Shown in pieces: positions 39,672-48,283 of a DNA stretch of 64,000 bases. How positions within the stretch are numbered: the stretch's first letter is position 1; the number at the start of each line of letters is the position of its first letter. Under the pieces are notes generated by a model. That model was not told the origin of the DNA and ran no database searches. It worked only from the letters and a program-made list of their open reading frames with translations. This DNA comes from Actinomycetes bacterium (GTDB taxonomy: Bacteria; Actinomycetota; Acidimicrobiia; Acidimicrobiales; Acidimicrobiaceae), in assembly GCA_021842145.1 (NCBI GenBank), contig JAKCBW010000002.1, positions 3,954 to 67,953 on the forward strand, written 5' to 3'. Both the position numbers and the translations under genes were made by a program.

Positions 39672-41162
39672 CTACGGAGCCTCAGTAACGGGAGCCTCAG
39701 TAACGGGAGCCTCAGTAACGGGAGCCTCAGTAACGGGAGCCTCAGTAACGGGAGCCTCAGTAACGGGAGAGATATTTGACCTGCCCTTTGCCTGGCCAAC
39801 TTTAGGCGATCCAGGCCTTGCTGGTCGCGGCCGAGGAGGTGGAGGCATAGATATACCCAGCATCTCCGTAAGTGCTGGGATCCTGCTACTGGCCTGTTTT
39901 ACGATGTCGAGTTGTTCTGGCGTGGCACCATCGGGCAGCGCTATCGGCTTTACCTGTCTGCGGATTGGCGATTCGGAAAGCGCATCCATAACGGAGAGCC
40001 ATCTTTCAGGCGGAGTATCCGCGGCCATCGCTGCGTTGGTTGATTCAACCAATCTCGATGCAAGGTCCGCCGGAAACTTTGCCGTGGGCTCTGGTGGGCG
40101 GGAGGCGAGTCTAAGGGCCCGAATCAGCCGATTCTCGTCGAGAGAATCTGAAATGGATTTCAACCAGTCGGTGACGGTCTTTTCGGACATCTCCTTCCAA
40201 AGGGCCTTCAGCGCTTCCGCCTGTTCCCGAACTCGATCGTCTTTCGAAAGTGGTTCGGCTGCGGCAACGACTGATCGAATGTCGCGTAGTGAAACCTTTG
40301 AGACATCTTTATTGATTGCGTCTGCACGGTCGAACCAGTAGGCCAGTTTCATTTGGGGATCAAGCTGTTCTGCAATTTTTAGGACTGGGCCTTCCTGGGC
40401 CTCAGGTTTCCCATCGCTTCTCGCCTTATCATTGGCGGCTGCTAACGCGCTTCTTACCGCCGAAAGTCCACCTTTTGAAAGCTGCTCCGCAATAATTCGG
40501 TGCTCTTCAGGGAGAGAATTGATCAGTGCAATTCGATGCCGATTTCCAACTTGTAACTTTGCGGACCTATCGGCAAGTTGTCTTGACGGCCTGTCCGCCT
40601 GGGACCTGGCTGTACGCGTAGAGCGCTGATCTGGAGCAGTTTGCGAAGCTGAATTTCCTGACGGTCGCTCTTGCCGTGGACCGCGATCCTGAGGCGGCCT
40701 TCTATCTCCACGTGGCCTTTCAGATCTTTGGCGCTCGCCTGCCGCAGATGTCGCGTTTCTTTCGGAAGTGCCGCCAGAATCCTTGACCTCGGTTCTTGGC
40801 CTTCTATCCCTGCGGTCGTCTCGTTGCCCTTCACCTCTTGGCGGGCGCCTCGCATCGTCACCACGACGTTCGTTTCCTCTACGTTTTGATACGTTAGAGG
40901 TGATTAGCTCTCTGGGTTCTTTTGAAATAACGGTGATAATATTTTCCGGCTGGGCCTTCGATTTAGGCGGATAAACCGCTTCAACCTCTATGCCATCCAT
41001 TGCGAAAACAACTTCAGCCTTTACGATGTCCCCTATCTTTGCCCCTTGATAGAGCAAAGCTGTACTTAACGTTCCCTTTGGTGCCTTGGCGCCTGCTGCG
41101 CGCCAAGTCCAGGTTCCATCCTGTCGATCGCTAGTCAGCTCGACTTCAATCTTTGACGACAT
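39672..41162 (-). CDS. Hypothetical protein: small N-terminal beta-rich domain, Arg/Asp/Glu-rich disordered region, helical domain, Pro-rich segment and a C-terminal (VTEAP)6 repeat
   Basis: 496-aa ORF with compositional domains read from the translation. The opposite-strand 226-aa ORF is judged a shadow. Confidence 0.55.
   Translation of the reverse strand: MSSKIEVELTSDRQDGTWTWRAAGAKAPKGTLSTALLYQGAKIGDIVKAEVVFAMDGIEVEAVYPPKSKAQPENIITVISKEPRELITSNVSKRRGNERRGDDARRPPRGEGQRDDRRDRRPRTEVKDSGGTSERNATSAAGERQRSERPRGDRRPPQDRGPRQERPSGNSASQTAPDQRSTRTARSQADRPSRQLADRSAKLQVGNRHRIALINSLPEEHRIIAEQLSKGGLSAVRSALAAANDKARSDGKPEAQEGPVLKIAEQLDPQMKLAYWFDRADAINKDVSKVSLRDIRSVVAAAEPLSKDDRVREQAEALKALWKEMSEKTVTDWLKSISDSLDENRLIRALRLASRPPEPTAKFPADLASRLVESTNAAMAADTPPERWLSVMDALSESPIRRQVKPIALPDGATPEQLDIVKQASSRIPALTEMLGISMPPPPRPRPARPGSPKVGQAKGRSNISPVTEAPVTEAPVTEAPVTEAPVTEAPVTEAP
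39676..39765. repeat. Perfect tandem repeat, 6 x 15 bp (ggagcctcagtaacg), encoding (VTEAP)6 at the C-terminus of the minus-strand CDS
   Basis: Read directly. There is no sequence variation between copies. Confidence 0.95.
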
Positions 41163-41460
41163 GACCTACTCTTGTCCGGCCTCTGTTGGCTCTTTTCCCT
41201 GAGAATGGCGGAACTCTTACATTTCTATGTGAAATCAGAGTTACCGCCCAAATGAGACTAGTGCCTAATTGGTTGTTTGCTGTTATTGCCGTAGAACTGG
41301 AAGCCCTACTTTTGATCTCTACGCCAATTTACTACTTTTGGAAAAAGTCGATCGATAGTGTTGAGGTCGATGTCCAGTTTACCCTTTTAGTGGTCGAGTC
41401 TCGCATGATCGACGGTTGAGGGAGTAGGTTCATGATGGAGTGCGCTGATGGGGAGGCAAG

Positions 41461-42306
41461 TTGAGAGTTGGCGGTCATGTGTCGTCCGCTGGGGGATTGG
41501 CAAAATCTCTTCAGCGTGGATCAGATATTGGTGCGGATGTTGTCCAGTTTTTTATATCGAGTCCAAGGTCATGGGCATTTAGGGCACCGTCCGCTGCTGA
41601 AACCATGGCATTTCGAGCCGAAATGGAAGCCAGCGGGACCCTGGCAGTAGTACATGCTTCTTATCTCATTAACCTTGCCTCTCCAGACGAGGAGATTCGA
41701 GGAAAATCTGTTGACCTGCTCCTCGCCACAATGCGCTCGGCTAGGTTGGCTGGAATTCCATACGTAGTGTTGCACACTGGAAGTCATAGGGGTGAGGGGC
41801 TGGAAAGGTTAGCTGGCGAGTTGATCGATTCCATTTCTACCGCCGCTGAGGCTGGTGCAGGTGAAGCGAAACTCCTGTTGGAAAATACAGCTGGAGCCGG
41901 TGGTACCATCGGAGCTACTTTACAAGAGTTGGCCTGGTTGATGCAAGAAGTAGGCAAAAGGGCTGCGATTGGCGTGTGTATGGATTCACAGCACCTTTTT
42001 GCAGCAGGATACGACTTTTCTTCTCCAAGTCTTGCTGGAGATTTGGCCAAGGATATCGTCAGAACGATTGGAAGTCCCGAAGTTGTCCATCTCAACGACT
42101 CAAAGGTCCCCCTTGGAAAAGGAACCGATAGGCATGCGAACCTCGGTGAGGGACTCATCGGATTGACTGGACTACGAAACTTGATGAGCCAAGACGTCTT
42201 TAGGAATGCGAATGTTGTTCTTGAAGTGCCGGGATCCGGGGAAGGGCCGAGACTTGCGGACGTCCAGCTGGCTCGGAATGAGGTCCTACTGGATCACCTG
42301 AGATAG
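41461..42306 (+). CDS. nfo: Deoxyribonuclease IV (endonuclease IV)
   Basis: 'VVHASYLINLASPD', 'VVLHTGSH', 'LLENTAG' and 'VHLNDSK'. Confidence 0.9.
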   Translation: MRVGGHVSSAGGLAKSLQRGSDIGADVVQFFISSPRSWAFRAPSAAETMAFRAEMEASGTLAVVHASYLINLASPDEEIRGKSVDLLLATMRSARLAGIPYVVLHTGSHRGEGLERLAGELIDSISTAAEAGAGEAKLLLENTAGAGGTIGATLQELAWLMQEVGKRAAIGVCMDSQHLFAAGYDFSSPSLAGDLAKDIVRTIGSPEVVHLNDSKVPLGKGTDRHANLGEGLIGLTGLRNLMSQDVFRNANVVLEVPGSGEGPRLADVQLARNEVLLDHLR

Positions 42307-43017
42307 TTCAATTATTGATTTTGTAGCTTCATTTTGGACAAGTGCTAACAGGGTGGAACTATCAGAGTCCCGAAGCTCAATGACAACAGGTGCTTTCGGC
42401 TCGATTTCAGCTAGGAACTCTATCCGATAGCTAAATTCATCGAGGAGTTTCAGATCGAGCTGATAGAGCGACTCTTCTACTAAGGCTAGGTGGACAGCGT
42501 TATTCATGTGACCCATGATGTCAAGATCGCAAAAGCGTAAGGGGATTACAAGCTTTTCTGAAGGCTTGGAATCATTCAGGCGTTGTAGAAGGCGGAGTCT
42601 CGGGCTCGATGTCCTACCATTCGCCGACGGACCGTAAAGAGATAGAAACTCTTCGGAAAGCCGAATTGGAGACCTTCCAAGATCATCGAGCAGAACCCAG
42701 TTGGCAGTCGCCCTGACCGAGGCGGACCTGGATTTTATAACGGTTGACCTTTCGGCCCAAGCCCTCCCCAAACCTGAACAGTAGGTTTCTATCGCCAACT
42801 CATCCAAGTATCGGGGCAGGCCATGTGCGGTCATTTCCATCCACCTGATGACCCAGGGGCCTTTTTTGGTCAGGCTGGTACTTTCGACATCCAAAGTCGC
42901 TGCGTCCTGAAGGACTCGAGATACAGCATCTAGGCGCATCCGACCGTTTGGATCAGTGTCGGCGAGCAGTACCCGGTCTTCAATCTGAAAAACTCTACCC
43001 ATATCTTCTATGTCCAT
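42286..43017 (-). CDS. Acyl-ACP/acyl-CoA thioesterase (double hot-dog fold)
   Basis: Two hot-dog halves. The C-terminal half carries 'RFCDLDIMGHMNNAVHLALVEE'. It overlaps the nfo 3' end by 21 nt (convergent). Confidence 0.6.
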   Translation of the reverse strand: MDIEDMGRVFQIEDRVLLADTDPNGRMRLDAVSRVLQDAATLDVESTSLTKKGPWVIRWMEMTAHGLPRYLDELAIETYCSGLGRAWAERSTVIKSRSASVRATANWVLLDDLGRSPIRLSEEFLSLYGPSANGRTSSPRLRLLQRLNDSKPSEKLVIPLRFCDLDIMGHMNNAVHLALVEESLYQLDLKLLDEFSYRIEFLAEIEPKAPVVIELRDSDSSTLLALVQNEATKSIIELSQVIQ

Positions 43018-43040
43018 GCAAGGTCATTCTAGAATACGAT

Positions 43041-44645
43041 TCAATCGCCAAACTTAGACCTCAGCACCTTCTTGTCGAACTTTCCAACCGACGTCCTTGG
43101 AACCATGTCGATGATTTCTAGACGGTCTGGAAGCTGCCACTTTGCAAAGCCTGCCTTTGTAAGGTGTGAATGGACGTCCTCTAAGGTAATGGTCGCTCCT
43201 TCCCTTGGGACGACGGCTGCGAGGGGCCGCTCTTGCCACTTCGGGTCGGGAATTGCAATCACGCACGCTTCAAGGACGTTTGGCATTCCCATTATGGCGC
43301 CCTCCATCTCAACTGAGGAGATCCACTCTCCACCGGACTTTATCATGTCCTTGGTTCTATCAGCGATGCTGAAGTAGCCGTCTGGTGTTCCTATGGCGAC
43401 GTCTCCAGTGGCGAACCAACCATCAGGGGTAAAGGATTCTGGACTCCGTCCCGAGAGGTAGCTATCTATGACCCATGCGCCTTTTACATAGAGTTGACCC
43501 ATTGTTTTAGAGTCCCAGGGCGCCTCATCCCCGTTTGCATCGCGGATCGACACCGATATACCAGGAACGGGTAGGCCAGCCATGGTTTCAATTCTGTTAA
43601 GCCGCTCTTCGCTGCCAAGACCTTTCAAGGAGTGTTTCGGTCGCGCCATGGATGCCAGAGGTGAGGTTTCGGTCATTCCCCAAGCCTGAGTGATTGGAAT
43701 ACCGAATTCTTCCCGATACCTCTCGATGAGGGGCCTCGGTGGTTGCGACCCCCCGGAGACGATTTCTCTCAGCATCGGTAATTTCGCTTTGCGGCGCGTA
43801 AGTTCTTCGGCTAGCTGGATCCAAACCGTTGGTACGCCGGCGGCTAAGGTCACCTCTTCTTCAGTTAAGAAATCTACGAGGCTTGCTGGGTCAAGAGGAG
43901 TAGCTGCGAAGACAATCTTGGCTCCAACTATTACCGAGGCATGGACGCAGCCCCAGGCGTTAGCATGGAACATTGGCACGATTGGGAGCACTGCATCGCT
44001 GGGCGAGATGCCCATTCCGCTAGGCAGGGCCACTCCGAGAGCGTGGAGGTACGTTGACCGGTGGGTATATAGCGCTCCCTTGGGTCTTCCTGTGGTGCCA
44101 GACGTGTAGCAGAGGCTAGAGGGCGTGTCTTCGGGGATATCTAAGACGGAGTGGGTCGCCTCCTCGCCCGCAATAAGTTCCTCGTAGGATATTGCCCCCC
44201 GCAAGGTAGTTTCTGGAAGCTTGTCGCATAAAACAACGAAACTCTTTACCGTAGGTATTTCATCCTGAATGGCTTCTAGCAGTGGCAATAGGTCAGGAGC
44301 AGCAAATATTACTTCATCGTTGGCATCGTTGATAATGAAAACTAGGTCGGCGGGAGAGAGTCTTGAATTCAGCGTATGAAGTACGTACTTTAGTGACGGT
44401 ATCGCAAAGTAGCACTCGAGGTGGTAGTAGCCGTTCCAGGCCATTGTAGCAATCCGTGATCCGGGCTCCAATCCCATCTTTTCGATGGCGTTCATGAGTT
44501 TGAAACAACGCTCGACCATGTCGCTGTAGGTGTATCGATGGGTCGAAGTAGGAGAAAGTTGAGTGACGATCTCTACCTCTCCAAAGTGCTTCTTAGCGTG
44601 ATCCAACATCAGCCAGGTATTTAGCTGTGTGTTCATTATTGCCAT
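43041..44645 (-). CDS. fadD: Long-chain fatty-acid--CoA ligase (AMP-binding family)
   Basis: AMP motif 'LCYTSGTTGRPKGALYTHRS', plus 'GWFATGDV' and 'IKSGGEWIS'. The start is placed at the Met preceded by GGGGGA. Confidence 0.85.
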   Translation of the reverse strand: MAIMNTQLNTWLMLDHAKKHFGEVEIVTQLSPTSTHRYTYSDMVERCFKLMNAIEKMGLEPGSRIATMAWNGYYHLECYFAIPSLKYVLHTLNSRLSPADLVFIINDANDEVIFAAPDLLPLLEAIQDEIPTVKSFVVLCDKLPETTLRGAISYEELIAGEEATHSVLDIPEDTPSSLCYTSGTTGRPKGALYTHRSTYLHALGVALPSGMGISPSDAVLPIVPMFHANAWGCVHASVIVGAKIVFAATPLDPASLVDFLTEEEVTLAAGVPTVWIQLAEELTRRKAKLPMLREIVSGGSQPPRPLIERYREEFGIPITQAWGMTETSPLASMARPKHSLKGLGSEERLNRIETMAGLPVPGISVSIRDANGDEAPWDSKTMGQLYVKGAWVIDSYLSGRSPESFTPDGWFATGDVAIGTPDGYFSIADRTKDMIKSGGEWISSVEMEGAIMGMPNVLEACVIAIPDPKWQERPLAAVVPREGATITLEDVHSHLTKAGFAKWQLPDRLEIIDMVPRTSVGKFDKKVLRSKFGD

Positions 44646-44797
44646 TTTCCCCCCAAAAAAACTCGGCCTAAACCACGCTAATGATATCCTCGTTTCGCTC
44701 TGTTGGCATGGCAATTAGGGGATTTGGCAAAGAACTACCCCAGTGCCATAGGGTTCCGACCCGGGCATCAGGGTGTGACACCCAGCCACTGGCTTAG

Positions 44798-45670
44798 CTA
44801 GTTACCACCCCGAAATGAAATTGGATGGCGATATATGCAGATATCGCAGCTCATAAGTATGGGAACTCGAGAAGCCTGAGCAATTCTCTCAATTAGGACC
44901 TGGGTTACACTGTCGTCGATCCCGATCTCTTTTCCTAGCGAAATTGTGCAATCCGGGTGATTAGTGACCCATTGATTTGCTTGAGCGTAGATCCGATCCA
45001 ATAGGGCACCGCGGTAGAGGAAGTAAGGCTGAACGACTATGTCTCGGCGACCCAAGGCGTATAAGCGATCTAATCCTTCTATTACCGATGGAAGGGCGAG
45101 GGAAATAAAACTCGTTTCGACCTCGATGAAGCCTCCGAACTCTTTAACCAGCCGTGAAATCTTGAAGAGTTCGGAATTGGCGTCAGGGTCTGATGATCCC
45201 CTCCCTACCAGCAGGACCGCCGCATCGGGACCGCCATTGGCCGCTTGGATACGGGCCGTAATGGTATCAAGTATCGAGCGGTGGGCGCCAAGATCTCGGG
45301 AGTATGCCACATCTACCTGAGGCGACTTCGTGCGCACGTAGTTGACCAGTTCGGCGCCATCGTCCTTCAGGTGGCCAGCCGGAAGGAGGATAAGTGGTGC
45401 GACAACGATGGATTCTGGATTCGTTGCTAGAAGTTCATCCATCGCCGGATACATATTTGGCTCACAAAGCTCGATAAAGCCCGAAAATACTGGTTGTTTG
45501 ATTGACGCCCGTAGGCATTCAACCGCTTCGAGAAACTGGCTTCTGCCATCAACGGACTTAGTGCCGTGCCCCATGACGAAAATAGCCTCCACGTCGTCTG
45601 GAATTAGGCTAGATCGGTCCGAGTTCGCTAGGTTGAAATTAGCTGGTGCTGAATTAGTTCCCCAGTTCAT
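44798..45670 (-). CDS. cbiX: Two-domain CbiX (CbiX-long) sirohydrochlorin cobalto/ferrochelatase with a C-terminal MxCxxC motif
   Basis: Duplicated CbiX halves ('IFVMGHGTK' and 'VLLVGRGSSDPDAN'), then a C-terminal 'LMSCDIC'. It is the last gene of the minus-strand cob operon. Confidence 0.75.
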   Translation of the reverse strand: MNWGTNSAPANFNLANSDRSSLIPDDVEAIFVMGHGTKSVDGRSQFLEAVECLRASIKQPVFSGFIELCEPNMYPAMDELLATNPESIVVAPLILLPAGHLKDDGAELVNYVRTKSPQVDVAYSRDLGAHRSILDTITARIQAANGGPDAAVLLVGRGSSDPDANSELFKISRLVKEFGGFIEVETSFISLALPSVIEGLDRLYALGRRDIVVQPYFLYRGALLDRIYAQANQWVTNHPDCTISLGKEIGIDDSVTQVLIERIAQASRVPILMSCDICIYRHPISFRGGN

Positions 45671-46298
45671 TGGATACTCCGTTTGTAGTTTGATATGGTC
45701 CAACAATGCGACCGCCCTTGATGTATCGCTGGCCGTTAGAGATGCGGATCAACGCATTCATTGCAGCGGCTGCGGCTGCGGAACCACCTCTTTCGCCACT
45801 GTTTGTAACAAACTCAAGTTTCGAATTTCTCAGGCGTAGTTTTGATTCGGCCGCCCCTACAAACCCAACTGGCATACCAATTACCACCGAGCCTTCAAGT
45901 AGCTCGGCGCGGTCAAGTAATGCCTCCAGGGAGGTCGGTGAGCAACCGACCACGAATATTGCGGGGGCAAATTTGGTCACTGCTTTGAACATTGAGGAGT
46001 AGCTTCGAGTTCTATTTTCCAAGAGGTCAAACTGTTCCGCAATTGCTGAGATCGACTCCTTGGAGCTAATACCAAATTTTGTCATCGAGACGTCAGCCAC
46101 AATTGGTTTGTGATCCTGGAGCAACTTTAGTGAAGAGGTGACTAAATCGCTGGTAATAGCCATAGTCCTGGCAAAGTCCAAATCTGCAGTCGAATGGACC
46201 ACTCGTGCAACGATCTCTGCACTGTCGTCATCGAGTGGAGCGAAATCGAGACGGTTCCCGAGTATTTGGTACGACTGCTCCTCTATTGGATGTGGCAT
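45654..46298 (-). CDS. cobH: Precorrin-8X / cobalt-precorrin-8 methylmutase
   Basis: 'VVHSTADLDF', 'VVGCSPTSL', 'GMPVGFVGAAESK' and 'RGGSAAAAAAMNALI'. Confidence 0.9.
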   Translation of the reverse strand: MPHPIEEQSYQILGNRLDFAPLDDDSAEIVARVVHSTADLDFARTMAITSDLVTSSLKLLQDHKPIVADVSMTKFGISSKESISAIAEQFDLLENRTRSYSSMFKAVTKFAPAIFVVGCSPTSLEALLDRAELLEGSVVIGMPVGFVGAAESKLRLRNSKLEFVTNSGERGGSAAAAAAMNALIRISNGQRYIKGGRIVGPYQTTNGVSNELGN

Positions 46299-46317
46299 GG
46301 CATTTGCTTTCTAGGTT

Positions 46318-46557
46318 TCAATTGATACTTATGGAGCCCCGTGGGCACACCTCTAGGCAGTAAAGGCAACCGGTGCAGTTTTCGGCTAGGAACCCTGGTC
46401 GATACGGCGACGGCTGGAGCGCCCTGGTCGGGCAGGTCAGGATGCATAAGCCACAAGCGGTGCAGGAGTCTGCGATGGCAATTTCAAAGATCGGCATTGC
46501 ACGAATTGCCTGAATTGCCTGAATTGCCTGAATCGAATCCATCAGTGGTCTGGTCAC
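46318..46557 (-). CDS. Small 2x[4Fe-4S] ferredoxin
   Basis: Two CxxCxxCxxxCP motifs: 'CTACGLCILTCP' and 'CTGCLYCLEVCP'. The N-terminus holds an 'IQAIQAIQAI' repeat. Confidence 0.8.
   Translation of the reverse strand: MTRPLMDSIQAIQAIQAIRAMPIFEIAIADSCTACGLCILTCPTRALQPSPYRPGFLAENCTGCLYCLEVCPRGSISIN
46503..46534. repeat. Tandem repeat, about 3.5 x 9 bp (gaattgcct), encoding (IQA)n at the ferredoxin N-terminus
   Basis: Read directly: three perfect copies plus a partial fourth. Confidence 0.9.
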
Positions 46558-46579
46558 AACTTCTTAGGCATCTGTGAGT

Positions 46580-48283
46580 TCATTTCTTCTCGCTATATCC
46601 TCGTGGGGTGTACGCCCGTATCCCAGCGAAGGTTGATGTCGTTGAACCGACGATCACTAGGGTTTCCATATCCACTTCGTCACTTCGAAAGTCTCCAAGT
46701 CGGACAATCTTTACCGATTGGTGATCTCGTCCTACCGCCCTTGCTATCACGACTGGCGTTGTTGCGGGCCTAAATCCAGCAATGATTCCGATCGCCTTGT
46801 CGAGCTGCGAGATTCTTCGACTTGATTTTGGGTTATAGAATGCCGCAACGAGGTCCGCCCGGGCCACTGCACTAACCCTTTCTTCGATGACTTTCCACGG
46901 AGTCATTAGATCAGAAAGGGAAATATACGCGTGATCGTGCCCAAGGATGGCCCCCACGACCGCAGAAGCCGCTAGGGCCGCAGTTACCCCAGGCACCACG
47001 GTAATTAGAGTTGGATCGAAGCCGAGGATTTCTGCCCTCTCGAAGGCGAGGCTAGCCATCGCGAATACCCCCGGGTCCCCGGAGCAAACCAGTGCTACTT
47101 CGTAACCGGCGATGGCCGAGTCGATGGCAAAGTCCACTCGGTGAGTTTCTTCGCCAATCGGAAACCTTTTGACCTTCTGGTTGGGACTTAGAAGGTCACT
47201 ACAGAGGTCAACATATGGTCCGAAGCCGGTAACTACTTCGACGTGGCTTATGGTCTTTGCGGCCTGCAATGTCCTAAGGTCGGGATTGCCCGGACCTAGG
47301 CCAACTACGAACAATCGACCGGGCTTAGCTGATCGCTGGGCCACGGCTACGGTGACCGCCCGGAACTTTCTTTTTGAAACAATCAAGCCGTCGGGCGATC
47401 CAGACCCAAGGATTGCAGCTGCCTCAGCAACGGAGGCGCTTCCAACCGCACCAAGCACTGCACTACTCGGATTGGGGACTACTACTTGGGCTAACTGGGA
47501 GCTATCGAAGAAAATGGTTGGGTGCTTTAGGGCGACAATGGCCGGGTGATCTTTGCGAATATCAATTGTCGCGAAGGCGGAGATAGCTTCGTTGGCCAGA
47601 TTTGACTCGATCATCGTTGCCTCTAGGGCCGAGGCGACTTCTTCCGGGGTCGCGTCGCTGGAGCACCCGATTCCCACCACCAGTAACTCGGGGATGAGTT
47701 GGACCGATCCAACCAGCCTAAGGTGCGCTAAGTCGGGCCTGGCGATTGAAATTAGGATCTCTGGACCGTCGACCGAGGTGGCTGAATCGGCTAATGCCGC
47801 GGGGAGTGGCCACCCTGTCGAATTTGTGACTTTCGGGCGAATCCCGGAGTTCAGCTGCGCCTGAAAGTGAGGTATATCGCCGACAGCATGGTATCCGGCA
47901 AAACTGTTCAAGGTGTAGGTGTCGCTTCGGTCGGATGGGTTTGTAATGACTGGCTCTCCTCCAATAGTCGCCGCAATTGTTTTGGCAAGTGCGTTTGCTC
48001 CCCGATGACCACCGAGCAGTGGTATGGCGTAGTAGCCATCTTCATCAACACATACCACCGAAGGGTCCGTAGCCTTTGAGCTAATGTGCGGGGCAATTGA
48101 CCTAACTGCAATCGCCGCCGTAGTTACAAATACGATCTGGTCGAAGCTGGTGAAGACCTCACCAATTTTCACTTCGGACAGTGGTAGGGTCGTGGGAGAT
48201 ATCCTATTAGCTAAAACTCGCCCCTTTTCGGAAAGATAAAGGCAAATCAACCTGGGTTTCCCAGCGGTGTTCTTATGTGTCAT
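46580..48283 (-). CDS. cobJ: CbiG / precorrin-3B (cobalt-factor III) C17-methyltransferase fusion
   Basis: N-terminal CbiG ('AIAVRSIAPHISSKATDPSVVCVDEDGYYAIPLLGGHRGANALA'). C-terminal TP-methylase ('LFVVGLGPGNPDLRTLQA', 'ALVCSGDPGVF'). Confidence 0.85.
   Translation of the reverse strand: MTHKNTAGKPRLICLYLSEKGRVLANRISPTTLPLSEVKIGEVFTSFDQIVFVTTAAIAVRSIAPHISSKATDPSVVCVDEDGYYAIPLLGGHRGANALAKTIAATIGGEPVITNPSDRSDTYTLNSFAGYHAVGDIPHFQAQLNSGIRPKVTNSTGWPLPAALADSATSVDGPEILISIARPDLAHLRLVGSVQLIPELLVVGIGCSSDATPEEVASALEATMIESNLANEAISAFATIDIRKDHPAIVALKHPTIFFDSSQLAQVVVPNPSSAVLGAVGSASVAEAAAILGSGSPDGLIVSKRKFRAVTVAVAQRSAKPGRLFVVGLGPGNPDLRTLQAAKTISHVEVVTGFGPYVDLCSDLLSPNQKVKRFPIGEETHRVDFAIDSAIAGYEVALVCSGDPGVFAMASLAFERAEILGFDPTLITVVPGVTAALAASAVVGAILGHDHAYISLSDLMTPWKVIEERVSAVARADLVAAFYNPKSSRRISQLDKAIGIIAGFRPATTPVVIARAVGRDHQSVKIVRLGDFRSDEVDMETLVIVGSTTSTFAGIRAYTPRGYSEKK

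Noticed and set aside
39676-39765. Possible CRISPR array (six identical 15-bp units)
   Set aside because: The units are directly adjacent with no spacers. The unit length is far below CRISPR repeats. The repeat is in-frame coding sequence, and no cas genes are nearby.
39661-40341. 226-aa plus-strand ORF beginning with (GASVT)n
   Set aside because: It is a shadow of the 496-aa minus-strand CDS, and its repeat is simply the other strand of the (VTEAP)6 repeat. The rest is low-complexity with no domain signal.
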